Shown in pieces: positions 15,770-25,460 of a stretch of 36,273 nt of DNA (its first letter is position 1; every line of letters begins with the position of its first letter). The notes under the pieces are model-generated. The model was not told where the DNA came from, searched no databases, and saw only the letters and a program-made list of their open reading frames with translations. The position numbers and the translations under genes were made by a program. The DNA comes from a virus: IMG/VR virus record IMGVR_UViG_3300042898_000958, one strand, 5' to 3'.

Positions 15770-17446
15770 TTATCGAATAGTTGCTTTTCTGACTATCCCC
15801 TTAACTTTATTTTGGCTATCGGTTATGTCCGTTTCAACTACGTATACTCTTGAATCTGTCACGTTCAATTGAGTGGTTGGTATTGGGTTGTTTTGGTTGA
15901 TGGAAGTGCTACTTGATATTTGTGGAATACGTGGTGCGCTTGGCATTGATGGTGTTGGTCCTCCCGCTCCCGCTCCTGGAACTTGAACGGCAAGTATATT
16001 TTTAACCGCTGCTAAACCTGATAGCCCTGTTGCTATTGATTGTACAATTGCATAACCTGGAATCGGAACACCTGAAAACGCTGCTAATGTTTTAGCTATT
16101 GCTGTATATGTCGAAATAGTAGCAGATGCAACTGCTAATGTTTTTCCTGCAGCTGTATCTCTCCCTGCTAATTCGGAAGCCGAACTAAGTATTGATGAAT
16201 ACGAATCTAACAGTGCAATCTTTTGATTAGTCTTTTCTTTTTCTAAAGCTATTTCAGCATTTGCATATTCTTGTTGCGTTATATAACCAGCCTTTAAATA
16301 TTCATCTAAAATTTGCTGGCGTGTTTCAAGTGAAAGTGATGTATCTTCTACTGATTTTAATGCATTGGTTTTTAACTCTTCTATTTCTTTTACTGATGCA
16401 TCTGTACTTGTTACTATGTCTTCAATTTCTTTTTTTAAAGTATCTAACCTTGTTTTAACTAATTCCTGCTCTACATCTAAATTTTCTTGTAATAAACTTA
16501 ATCTTTTAGCAAATATTTCCTGTTCATCTTTTAACCTTTTTTCGGCTTCTTGTTTTGCTTTGTCGTGCTTTTCTTTTTTTAATTTATCATCTTCATCACT
16601 AAACTTTTTTGATAATTCGTTTTGCTCTGTTAAATGCTGTTGTTCTAATGCCAACATTAATGTATTAAAGTCCGCCCTGCTCGAATATTCACGTTGAGCT
16701 TCTTGCTTTTCACGCCTTTGCTTTTCTTTTAGTTCTGCTGTTTCTCTATCTCTTAAATCTTTTATTCCTGCTATACGTGAATCAATAATCTTTTTGAAAA
16801 ACCCTTGCGCCTCTTTGCTCGCTTCTATATTCTTTTCTAAAGCCTCAGTATTTGTGGATAGTGAATCGGTAAACTTTTTAAAGCCTGGAATTACTTTGTC
16901 AATCACTTGTACAACTTTTTCCCAGTTAGCTATTAACAAACCTATCCCAACAACTAATGCACCTATTCCCGTTGCTATTATTGCGCCTCTTAACGTAGAA
17001 AACGCTTTGACTACTTGCCCTACTATTAGTTTGCCTAAGTCTTTAAAATCGTTCTTAAATTCTAACAATGAATTAAGCCCCTGACTTAATGCCATTGCGC
17101 CTTGTACTTTTACTAATGTTTTTTGCAAGTCTGCACTCTCGCTCCCAAATAAAGCCATAGCACCCTGAGCAGCCGAAAAACCACCTGCTAAACCTGCAAC
17201 TGTTCTACTAAATGGCGCAAACTTCTTTTCAGGGTCTGCATTTTCAATAGCATCATTAACCCCTCTTATTTGTTCTTGTAGTTGTCCTGCTCTTTTTGCT
17301 GCTTCACTAAAGGCTTTACTCGCAGGGTCGAGTTGTCCTAATTCGTTTTTGAGTGAACGCAATTCTCCTTTAAGACTTTTTACGCTTGCCTCGCCTTTGC
17401 CCGTCCCTTTTACCTCTACGTCTAATATTACTTTTTCTTCTGCCAT
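15770..17446 (-). CDS. Tape measure protein
   Basis: N-terminal coiled coil, GGFSAAQGAMALFGSESADLQKTLVKVQGAMALSQGL, and the hydrophobic GAIIATGIGALVVGIGLLIANW are classic TMP features. Confidence 0.7.
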   Translation of the reverse strand: MAEEKVILDVEVKGTGKGEASVKSLKGELRSLKNELGQLDPASKAFSEAAKRAGQLQEQIRGVNDAIENADPEKKFAPFSRTVAGLAGGFSAAQGAMALFGSESADLQKTLVKVQGAMALSQGLNSLLEFKNDFKDLGKLIVGQVVKAFSTLRGAIIATGIGALVVGIGLLIANWEKVVQVIDKVIPGFKKFTDSLSTNTEALEKNIEASKEAQGFFKKIIDSRIAGIKDLRDRETAELKEKQRREKQEAQREYSSRADFNTLMLALEQQHLTEQNELSKKFSDEDDKLKKEKHDKAKQEAEKRLKDEQEIFAKRLSLLQENLDVEQELVKTRLDTLKKEIEDIVTSTDASVKEIEELKTNALKSVEDTSLSLETRQQILDEYLKAGYITQQEYANAEIALEKEKTNQKIALLDSYSSILSSASELAGRDTAAGKTLAVASATISTYTAIAKTLAAFSGVPIPGYAIVQSIATGLSGLAAVKNILAVQVPGAGAGGPTPSMPSAPRIPQISSSTSINQNNPIPTTQLNVTDSRVYVVETDITDSQNKVKGIVRKATIR

Positions 17447-20223
17447 TATCTTCGTATTTGATGTAACCTGTATTGTATCTGTATTTGTAAATAACCATTA
17501 CCCGATGTCCCTAAATTTCCAGCTGAAAACAATACAAGTTTTGTTTGTTGCAATTCTTTATCATGTGTAATAGTTCCCCTTACTGTAAGAGCTACATTTC
17601 TTGCAATAAAACCACTCCCGCAAGTTCCTAAGTAGTTACTATTTGAATCACCGTGATATTTTATCCTTACTGGGTGGCTATTATAGCCTACTGGTGTTAA
17701 ATCTTTAAACAATAATGTTGCATACATATCAAACAACTCTATCCAATAACCTTGTGGAGGTGTGATTATATCATAGTTTGATTCGTGTAAAGCCTGTACA
17801 ATAGTTGAATCAATCTCGAACGTATAAGTCAACGGCATATCAAAACCACCAATAACCGTTTGCCCATCCCTCAATGATGTATAATTGTTTGTTCCGATTA
17901 GTGTTACATCGTTGTTTGAGACTATATTATCATTCCCTGAAAAAACGTTAATCTTTTCACCGTTGATAATGTTCCTGTCTGAGTTGACTATTATCTTGTC
18001 ACCTTGGATATTGTTGTTGTTACCCTGAATAGTTTGGTCTGCATAAAACTGATTTACGTTTCCGTTTCTTTGAAAATCACGGTCACGGATAGGGTCTTCA
18101 CCATTTGCCCCACCGTTTATTATCTGTTGACTCCCTATAAATTTAGGTGCTAACTTTAGCTTTAAGAATTTAACTTTAGCTGGCTCTTCGCTGTTTAAGT
18201 CTGAGTCCAATTCATACAGTCTGTAATATTGTTTGTCGATTATGTATGTATCACGAAATGAAAGTTTATTTAATCCTATAGCACTAATTTTTATATAGTA
18301 CTCTACTATCTTACTATTCGGGTCTGTAATCTCTTCTAAATACTTTTTATGGAACACATTAAAAAGCGAACTATTTGTGTACTTGGTGGCATCATAATAA
18401 ACCTGTTTTGGCATACCAAAATTAAGATCATATGACGGGTTCAATGGATTATCCAAATGCCCAACGTACGGGTATAATTGGAATGAACTAGAAGGACCAT
18501 TATCTGATAAAATAGTAAATTCAGAAGTTTGAAAAGCAACATCAGGATTGATAGTCAATAGGCTAATCTTTGAAGGACTGGCTGTTCGATTACCGTTGCT
18601 GTCTTTAAATACTATTTGAGTTATTATTTTATCCCCAACCTGTGTAAGCGGTCGTGGTGCAAATATTACTTCTTGAACAAATTCATCCTTAACAAAATCG
18701 TTTTCTATTTTTTGCCCATAAAAACCATAAGTATCTGTAAAAACACTTTGATGCCTTTTGTTCAAATAATCTTCATCCTTTGTGAACGTGTATTTGTAAG
18801 ACTTGTAATCCAATGCACCTAATGGGCTTATGTTAACGCCCCTGCTCACATCTACTTGCTCTGTTAAGTCTACTAAGTTATTGGTATAAAAAGTATCGTA
18901 AGGCTCTATTATTAGTTTTTTATCGTCCAATCTATCTATGTCTACATATAGATTAAACATCTTAATAATCGAAGATAGAAAATCTGTTTGGTTTATATCG
19001 TTCGGTAGCAATGCACTTATAGGTAATGTGCCACCTTCTGTTATTTCACCACTATGAACATTAAAGAAATTAGAACCACCTAATACTGTTACATAGTTAG
19101 TGCTTAATGTGTAAAAGAAATTAAACAACTCAACTCGAAGTATATCACCTGCAACTACATTTATTGGTCCTGTTTGGACAGATATATTTACGTTTACGCT
19201 ACCAAATGCAGGAATAGAAAGTGGCAACGGTACGGTCTGAACTGTAACGGGTGCGCCATTCTTTGTTATGCCTACACGAACCTCATACCCTTTTGAAAGC
19301 GACAAAGGATTTGCTACGTTTAGTTTTAAATTGGTTACAAAGTTTTGTTTCCCTGCATCTTGAACAATAAAACCATCTGTGAACACATCCCATCCTGAAG
19401 GGGCTGAATCTTTTTGTACGTTGTTAAATGGAACTACATATCTAAATGTAGTAATTGTCAACATCCCTGTATCAATATTTCTCTCAACAGAAAACAATCT
19501 ATTTTCAACATCACCTGCTGATAGCCTTAACGCCTTACCACCATATGGAACAACTAACTTTTTGAAAAAGTTACTATTAAAAAATGCGCTACTATACCTA
19601 TAACCCGCTTCGCTAAATATTTTATCAATAATAGTCTTTGCGTATATCTGAGGTAGCAATTGGTTTACGGAATACCTGTTAGGATTAGAAGTATAACCGT
19701 AATCAATCAATCCATAATAGTAACCTTGACCTATTGGTGCGCTCCAACTTCCTTGTATACTATTCATGGTATATGGGTGATTGTATTCGCTTAAATCTAA
19801 GTCCGCTAGTTTTCTATCTGCAATGTCTGTAAACAAGTTAGCAAACCTGCCTATGATAATAATCTCGTATTCGATTTGGTAATCGTCAACAATTTCGATG
19901 TTCGTTAATTGTATATAGCCTTTAATCTGTGCAATGCCATTCTTATACAGCGTGCAATTAGCTTTTAACGATGGGTTAAAGTCAGGATTAAAGTTCGTGC
20001 TACTTGTGTTCATAATACTCCTAGCAATGTTAAAGATATTGCTAAAAATATCGTTGTTGTTATTAGTACCCGGTAGCTTAATCGTTTTAGTAAAATCTGT
20101 TTTTCGATTAGCAATGTTTGATACATCACTAATAGACTTGTTTAATGGCAACGGTACATTATCGAATAAGTCCAACTCATAACTTATTCCTGTTTGCTCT
20201 ATAATTATTTGGTTGCGTATCAT
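17446..20223 (-). CDS. Large tail/baseplate protein (925 aa)
   Basis: Largest ORF, inside the tail block. No enzymatic motif recognised. Confidence 0.55.
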   Translation of the reverse strand: MIRNQIIIEQTGISYELDLFDNVPLPLNKSISDVSNIANRKTDFTKTIKLPGTNNNNDIFSNIFNIARSIMNTSSTNFNPDFNPSLKANCTLYKNGIAQIKGYIQLTNIEIVDDYQIEYEIIIIGRFANLFTDIADRKLADLDLSEYNHPYTMNSIQGSWSAPIGQGYYYGLIDYGYTSNPNRYSVNQLLPQIYAKTIIDKIFSEAGYRYSSAFFNSNFFKKLVVPYGGKALRLSAGDVENRLFSVERNIDTGMLTITTFRYVVPFNNVQKDSAPSGWDVFTDGFIVQDAGKQNFVTNLKLNVANPLSLSKGYEVRVGITKNGAPVTVQTVPLPLSIPAFGSVNVNISVQTGPINVVAGDILRVELFNFFYTLSTNYVTVLGGSNFFNVHSGEITEGGTLPISALLPNDINQTDFLSSIIKMFNLYVDIDRLDDKKLIIEPYDTFYTNNLVDLTEQVDVSRGVNISPLGALDYKSYKYTFTKDEDYLNKRHQSVFTDTYGFYGQKIENDFVKDEFVQEVIFAPRPLTQVGDKIITQIVFKDSNGNRTASPSKISLLTINPDVAFQTSEFTILSDNGPSSSFQLYPYVGHLDNPLNPSYDLNFGMPKQVYYDATKYTNSSLFNVFHKKYLEEITDPNSKIVEYYIKISAIGLNKLSFRDTYIIDKQYYRLYELDSDLNSEEPAKVKFLKLKLAPKFIGSQQIINGGANGEDPIRDRDFQRNGNVNQFYADQTIQGNNNNIQGDKIIVNSDRNIINGEKINVFSGNDNIVSNNDVTLIGTNNYTSLRDGQTVIGGFDMPLTYTFEIDSTIVQALHESNYDIITPPQGYWIELFDMYATLLFKDLTPVGYNSHPVRIKYHGDSNSNYLGTCGSGFIARNVALTVRGTITHDKELQQTKLVLFSAGNLGTSGNGYLQIQIQYRLHQIRR

Positions 20224-21392
20224 AGTGTTTGGCGATATCTGTTATAAGTGAACTCGATATCAAATGATATGTTAAACATTGTCCTATCGTCCATAAACTT
20301 CTTAGTCTGATAACTTGTGTTAGTTATGTTTACTGCTACTAAATCCGTTGGTGAACGTTCTAAATAAATTACAGGCGAAGTTATAAGTTGCTCAAAGTAT
20401 TCCGATAATTCATCGCTTATCCAATCGGAGTTTACTTGTATCGAATCTTCAATAGTTGTGTTGTAGTTCGTCTTTAGCCTTTCACTCTTACTATAACCTA
20501 TTTGTAAAGGTGCTTTAAACTGTTTTCGGTTTATGTTTTCGCTTTTCTTTGATGACTTATTAAAGTTGTATGCCTCTATTCCGCCAAGCTTGTTTAACCA
20601 ATGCAACCTCACATTTTCGTATTGGCTGCAATTATCACCTAATTTAAACCTTTTGGTTGCTAGAGTAGTGCTTCCTGAAAGCAATCGTATTACAAAATTT
20701 TTAGGTATTGGTATTCCGTCCGTATAATCAAACAAATATGCAACTGCATTTATGTTAAACACGTATTCGTTCGCTGTTAAACTTACTGGAATCGTTTGAG
20801 GTGCGATACCATCAGCCGAAAGAGCAACATGAGTTACAACTCGATTAGGATCGAAAAAAGTAAGCACCCGATATTGACTTAAATATAACTCTTCATCATC
20901 TGTAAGTGATTGATTTAAGAACCCAAAACCGCTTACGTTGCAATTTGCATAAGCAAGTGGTGTATAATCCTCAAAATCAAATATAGCGTTGGTAGCAACT
21001 TTGTAATTAGTACTACTTGGTGTTGTTGGGTCTTTAGCCAATACGGTCGACAGTGTTGGTATACCGCTTACATTATCGTACAGCTCTCTGAACTCACAAT
21101 AATAGTTTACTCTACTATTTATGTTTGCTGCTGTATAAGTTCCAATCACATTTAATGCATCGTGACTTACATAATTCTTAAGCACACTACCAACGTCAAA
21201 CGTTAATGTGTTAACGTTTGGTTGCGTTGGATAGACTAAACGTGCAATCGGATTAGCTACTGTTCCAACTGTCTCGATAACGTCAATCACAAAATTAAAA
21301 TTAGGCTGTGAAGTATTATCACTGCTTATCGTGTATGGTATAAAATTATGCGCTGCCATAAACTTGTTTGGTGCGCTTAGTATTGTTATCAT
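20220..21392 (-). CDS. Tail-module protein (390 aa)
   Basis: ATGA-coupled on both sides within the tail block. Confidence 0.5.
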   Translation of the reverse strand: MITILSAPNKFMAAHNFIPYTISSDNTSQPNFNFVIDVIETVGTVANPIARLVYPTQPNVNTLTFDVGSVLKNYVSHDALNVIGTYTAANINSRVNYYCEFRELYDNVSGIPTLSTVLAKDPTTPSSTNYKVATNAIFDFEDYTPLAYANCNVSGFGFLNQSLTDDEELYLSQYRVLTFFDPNRVVTHVALSADGIAPQTIPVSLTANEYVFNINAVAYLFDYTDGIPIPKNFVIRLLSGSTTLATKRFKLGDNCSQYENVRLHWLNKLGGIEAYNFNKSSKKSENINRKQFKAPLQIGYSKSERLKTNYNTTIEDSIQVNSDWISDELSEYFEQLITSPVIYLERSPTDLVAVNITNTSYQTKKFMDDRTMFNISFDIEFTYNRYRQTL

Positions 21393-22018
21393 TTTAATAT
21401 TTTACCTATTAATACTTGCCCTAATGCAACCGATAAATTTTCGGCTAACTGTTTTACTCTTTTATCGTCAACTGCTGCTTTTTTATAGTTAATTGGTTTT
21501 ATACCACCTATCTTAGTTGCAACTGCTAATTGTTGCGCTGCTTGGTCAATACTATCCATACGAGCAGTTTTTGTGCCTTCCTTTTTGTTTGTTTTATATA
21601 ATGATTTACGTTTCCCATTAATCTTTGCACTTTTCATTCCAGTACGTGCTATGTATTGCTTAAAAGACTTTATCATTTTAGGTGGTGTTCCTAAATTCTT
21701 AAACTTGTATGGGCTGTTAGGTGCTTTATTGTTCTTAACACCTCTTACCCCTTTATCTACATAGTCTGCATAGTCTTGTTTAGTTATAACCTTAACAGAT
21801 ACCCCTGCACTAATTAGCTCGACTTTGGGTATCATGTCTTGAGCAAGTGTAGAAGCTGAACCAGTCCTTGCCTTACTTCTAATCTTTGCACTCATTAACG
21901 CTATACCTTCATTAGTCCAATCTAAGGCTATTTGTTCTGCGGCATCGTTGCTACTTGTTGTAAAGTCAGCTGTTGACTGTCCGTATTTTTTACCTATTTC
22001 CTTTGCGCTGCTTGCCAT
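21389..22018 (-). CDS. Tail-module protein, possibly HK97 gp10-like
   Basis: DYADYVDKGVRG resembles the yA.yvE.G motif of gp10-family head-tail joining proteins. Assignment is weak. Confidence 0.35.
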   Translation of the reverse strand: MASSAKEIGKKYGQSTADFTTSSNDAAEQIALDWTNEGIALMSAKIRSKARTGSASTLAQDMIPKVELISAGVSVKVITKQDYADYVDKGVRGVKNNKAPNSPYKFKNLGTPPKMIKSFKQYIARTGMKSAKINGKRKSLYKTNKKEGTKTARMDSIDQAAQQLAVATKIGGIKPINYKKAAVDDKRVKQLAENLSVALGQVLIGKILK

Positions 22019-22260
22019 TGTGCTAATTCGTATTCAGATTTTTCTTTATAAAATACAACAGTGTTTAAGAACTCAATCACATTCATTTCACCATAATAAT
22101 CCCACTTTGAACGGTCATTATTTGATAGGTTGTTAAGTGTTACAATCCATCCCCAGCGTTGTGAAAATGTTTCTCCACCATCTGCTTCACTCTCTCCGAT
22201 TCCGCTATTAAATAGTCCTGCGTACTGCCCACTAATTCCTTTAAGTAATTGCAAAAAAAA
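21994..22260 (-). CDS. -1 frame extension of the tail assembly chaperone (GT-like product, ~245 aa in total)
   Basis: This ORF has no ATG of its own (the track start is TTG inside the T9 run). It is open in the -1 frame from the slippery site to 21994. Confidence 0.5.
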   Translation of the reverse strand, partial: FFLQLLKGISGQYAGLFNSGIGESEADGGETFSQRWGWIVTLNNLSNNDRSKWDYYGEMNVIEFLNTVVFYKEKSEYELAQWQAAQRK

Positions 22261-22730
22261 ACCATTATTGGGTACGCCTGTTTGATTTTCATTTCATTGT
22301 AAAACAAATCTGCACGCTCTTTATGGGTTGCACCGTTATACTTTAAACGCTTACCGTACCATGTTACCTCACACGCTAAGGAGGCTAAGATGTTATGAAT
22401 GTTATTTACTGGGTCTTTGCAAAAGTTAGCAGTATCAATGTATTGATAAGCTGTCATCTCTTGACTTTTCCAAATCAAATCAAAAGTTTTTCTACCTACT
22501 TTGATGCGCATTTTAACCCTACTATTAGGCTCTAATGTATCAATCGAACTAAACTTAGCTAAATGCTTTTGCAAGTCCGTTATAGGCATTGATTCAATCT
22601 CGTCAACAGTCTTGCCGCTCAACTCAGCAAGCATAGATATTTTCCGCTGCAAAGGGTCGGTTTCAAGTTCTGAAATCGTTTTGCACTTTAAAAATTGTTT
22701 TATTGTTAATTCGTAATAGTTACCTACCAT
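22140..22730 (-). CDS. Tail assembly chaperone (G-like, 0-frame product)
   Basis: 196 aa. It contains a U UUU UUU slippery run about 80% along, followed by an overlapping -1 ORF. Confidence 0.55.
   Translation of the reverse strand: MVGNYYELTIKQFLKCKTISELETDPLQRKISMLAELSGKTVDEIESMPITDLQKHLAKFSSIDTLEPNSRVKMRIKVGRKTFDLIWKSQEMTAYQYIDTANFCKDPVNNIHNILASLACEVTWYGKRLKYNGATHKERADLFYNEMKIKQAYPIMVFFCNYLKELVGSTQDYLIAESERVKQMVEKHFHNAGDGL
22254..22260 (-). other. Slippery heptamer U UUU UUU within a T9 run (22253-22261)
   Basis: The sense strand reads ATG GTT TTT TTT TGC. X XXY YYZ is in the 0 frame, and the -1 frame continues TTG CAA TTA... Confidence 0.55.
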
Positions 22731-22733
22731 GTC

Positions 22734-22743
22734 TTATAATATA
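22734..22743 (-). promoter_or_regulatory. Late start-proximal motif (sense TATATTATAA)
   Basis: 3 nt upstream of the chaperone ATG at 22730. Confidence 0.35.
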
Positions 22744-22760
22744 AAACCATGGCTAAATTG

Positions 22761-23942
22761 CTATACGTTAAGTAAGGCGTATTTGCCCCGTGGACGGTTG
22801 TTAAGTTTGTTTAGCGCAAAGTATCGCATACTGTCAATTGCGTGATTAGAATGGTCAACAGGCTTGCCCGTCAACTTACCGTCTTTATCGGTTTCCCATT
22901 GGTAGGCTCGCAGTTCTTTAATTAAATTTGTAGAGTTTTTTGTTACGTTTAATTGGTAACGCTTTAAGATGTCTATCCCCATCTTAATACTGTCATGTCC
23001 TTTCTGTGCTGGGTGAGTGTTAAAACCTTGTAGCCTTAATTCGTTGATTGACTTAGGCTCTGCACTATCACATATAATCTCATAAGGTCTTTGAATGTTA
23101 AACGCCTTTAACCTATTGCCTATCTCGTTATTGTTGAGATTTGTTTGGTAGAGTAGTTCGTCAATGTACAGCTCATTATCCATCATGTAAATAGCTACTA
23201 ATGTGGTAGGGTCATTTGTATATCCAAAATCCATCCCGTACCCTAATAACTTTGCATCACTTGGTATTGTGTCTATCTGTCTCCATTCGTCAAACACTAC
23301 ACCTTGTAAGCTACCTACCTCACCTAAGCCGTAAACACGCCACCAATTACTCCAATAACTTGATGTGGTTGCTTTTGTTTGTGCGCTCTCTATCTCCTTT
23401 ATAATGCTCTCAGATAGTGCCTCATTGTCTTTATACGTCAATACTATGTACTCGCTATCCTCATCTCGCATTAATTCGGTATGCGCCCAAAATTCAGATG
23501 TTGGGTTATAGTCTATCCAAATCTCATCGCTTGTCCGTATTGCTAATTGGTGATAGCTTTCAAAACTAATATTGTTCGCCTCGTTTATGTAAAGAATGTT
23601 ACGCCTTGCACCTCTTAACTTGCTTTCTTGTTCTGCACTAAAGAACTCAATGTATGATCCGTTTGTGAACTTATAGGTTAATAAAGTCCTATTCCAATTT
23701 GAATCAATGAACCTACCAGTCCAATCCATTATTTTTAGAAAGTCCTTTATTGCACCCCTGCGAAGATGGGGGATAGTTTCACTCACTACGCTTATTTCGA
23801 GGCGTGGTGTCTTCGCTGCTTTGTCAATAAGTATAGGTATGATGCCAAATGTTTTACCCGCACTTGTTCCGCCCTGCACTATCCTTTTTCGTTTAGATAA
23901 TGCCCTTAGTTTTTTAATTGCTGTTGTGTACCTAAATGCCAT
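22761..23942 (-). CDS. terL: Terminase large subunit (PBSX/XtmB-like)
   Basis: Walker A GGTSAGKT, Walker B-like ILYINE, and nuclease-half motifs (GMDFGY, ICDSAEP, HAIDSMRY). Confidence 0.9.
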   Translation of the reverse strand: MAFRYTTAIKKLRALSKRKRIVQGGTSAGKTFGIIPILIDKAAKTPRLEISVVSETIPHLRRGAIKDFLKIMDWTGRFIDSNWNRTLLTYKFTNGSYIEFFSAEQESKLRGARRNILYINEANNISFESYHQLAIRTSDEIWIDYNPTSEFWAHTELMRDEDSEYIVLTYKDNEALSESIIKEIESAQTKATTSSYWSNWWRVYGLGEVGSLQGVVFDEWRQIDTIPSDAKLLGYGMDFGYTNDPTTLVAIYMMDNELYIDELLYQTNLNNNEIGNRLKAFNIQRPYEIICDSAEPKSINELRLQGFNTHPAQKGHDSIKMGIDILKRYQLNVTKNSTNLIKELRAYQWETDKDGKLTGKPVDHSNHAIDSMRYFALNKLNNRPRGKYALLNV

Positions 23943-23980
23943 TTGCTCACCGCATAGAGAAGCGGTTTTATTGGTTTTGT

Positions 23981-24334
23981 TTATTTTTCATCTCCAAATA
24001 ATGGCTGCTCGATGTTGATGTTCTTATTCTCGGTCTTGGTTGATGCTATTCGGTGGTATTCTTCCTCCGTTCCTATCAGCTTATACAGTGCCATTTGAGT
24101 CAATGGGTTGTTACCGTTGTACCACTTGTTACGCAGTCCGTTCTTAATATCAATCTTGTTTTTATCAAGTGCCTCTTTTATAGTGTTGTATTCGTTGCTT
24201 TCGACTTCAAAGAATCTATAAAAAGTTGTCTTATCACAAGGCAATAAAGTCACCACATCCTCAATAAAGAATAGTTTTTTCTTTTCTATTAACTCAAGTG
24301 CTTGTTGGTATATTTTAGTTCTGTCGTATGCCAT
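23981..24334 (-). CDS. terS: Terminase small subunit (HTH type)
   Basis: It lies directly upstream of terL. DVVTLLPCDKTTFYRFF is an HTH, and ...LTQMALYKLIGTEEEY is TerS-like. The ATG at 24334 is 5 nt after the upstream stop; the track start at 24352 is TTG. Confidence 0.55.
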   Translation of the reverse strand: MAYDRTKIYQQALELIEKKKLFFIEDVVTLLPCDKTTFYRFFEVESNEYNTIKEALDKNKIDIKNGLRNKWYNGNNPLTQMALYKLIGTEEEYHRIASTKTENKNINIEQPLFGDEK

Positions 24335-24338
24335 AATG

Positions 24339-25460
24339 CTAATGATATTCAAAATTAAAAGTTTTTACTCCATTTTCTCTAAATCCTCCACGTCTTGTCA
24401 TAGAACCGCCTGTTTTCATTTTGCCCATTAATCTTGTTTGTCCTAAAAATATCCATTCTTTTTGTTTTTTCATTGCTTTAAATACTGGAATTGATGAAAA
24501 TTTTGCCATTATTCTGCAATCAATTTTTTTGTTTAATAAATTTGATGTTTCATTTATTAATTTAATTCCTAATCCTAATCCATTATAATCAGGATGAACA
24601 ACTGTTCTATTTGAATGAAATATTATTTTTGTTCCTTTTTTGTGTGGTGTATAATTAGCAAAACATTGAAAACCTATTTGATTATCACCATGAAATAAAC
24701 CATACATATATATTTTACCTCCGGGCAATAATTCACTTAAATAATGATATTTGCTAAAATATTTCCATGTTTCTCTTCCAACTTCTTTAATTGTAAATTC
24801 GAGTTGTTCTCGTTTATTAAAAAAAAAATCCTCCGATTTTGGAAGTTCAAATATTTGTTTATTACAATCAATCATCCAATCTGGTTTAACCCATTCTAAT
24901 ATATCATAATGACAACTTAATAAAATAATTTTTTTGTTGTGTTTTTTAGCAAATTTATATAAACATAAACTCATTGCTTTTGCAACTGTTCTATCTACTA
25001 CACTTGTCCATTCATCAATGCAAACAAAATCATTTTTACACATTAAATAGGCTGCTTCTGCTCTTGCTTTTTGTCCATTGCTTAATGTTTTTATTGGTCT
25101 TAACCAACATGTTACAGAATTTAAACCAATTCCATTTAAAATATTTGCACAATCTTCATATGAATATTCATTTGGTAATTGTTCTATAATTGGTAAATTT
25201 TCATTTAAGGACAAATCAAATATATTTTCGCCAAATAAATGTTTTATTAAAGTTGTTTTACCGCTTCCAGATGCGCCATAAATCAATCCAATATTCCAAT
25301 TTAATGGTAAATTTATATTATCAATTTTTAAATGATGTATTGATTTTTTATTTACATCAATATCTAAACTATTAGCTGCTGCTTGACATCTAAAAGAATT
25401 AAATACATCACTTTTTAATGTAAAATTTATTTGTTTAGGTATTATTGAACTATTTTGCAT
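24339..25460 (-). CDS. ABC-type ATPase fused to a GNAT-like acetyltransferase domain
   Basis: Walker A GASGSGKTT, signature LSNGQKARAEAA, Walker B FVCIDEWTSVVD and H-loop LLSCHYD. The C-terminal ~170 aa carries IGFQCF...VVHPDYNGLGLGIKLINE (GNAT motif A-like). Sampled G+C is about 24%. Confidence 0.7.
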   Translation of the reverse strand: MQNSSIIPKQINFTLKSDVFNSFRCQAAANSLDIDVNKKSIHHLKIDNINLPLNWNIGLIYGASGSGKTTLIKHLFGENIFDLSLNENLPIIEQLPNEYSYEDCANILNGIGLNSVTCWLRPIKTLSNGQKARAEAAYLMCKNDFVCIDEWTSVVDRTVAKAMSLCLYKFAKKHNKKIILLSCHYDILEWVKPDWMIDCNKQIFELPKSEDFFFNKREQLEFTIKEVGRETWKYFSKYHYLSELLPGGKIYMYGLFHGDNQIGFQCFANYTPHKKGTKIIFHSNRTVVHPDYNGLGLGIKLINETSNLLNKKIDCRIMAKFSSIPVFKAMKKQKEWIFLGQTRLMGKMKTGGSMTRRGGFRENGVKTFNFEYH

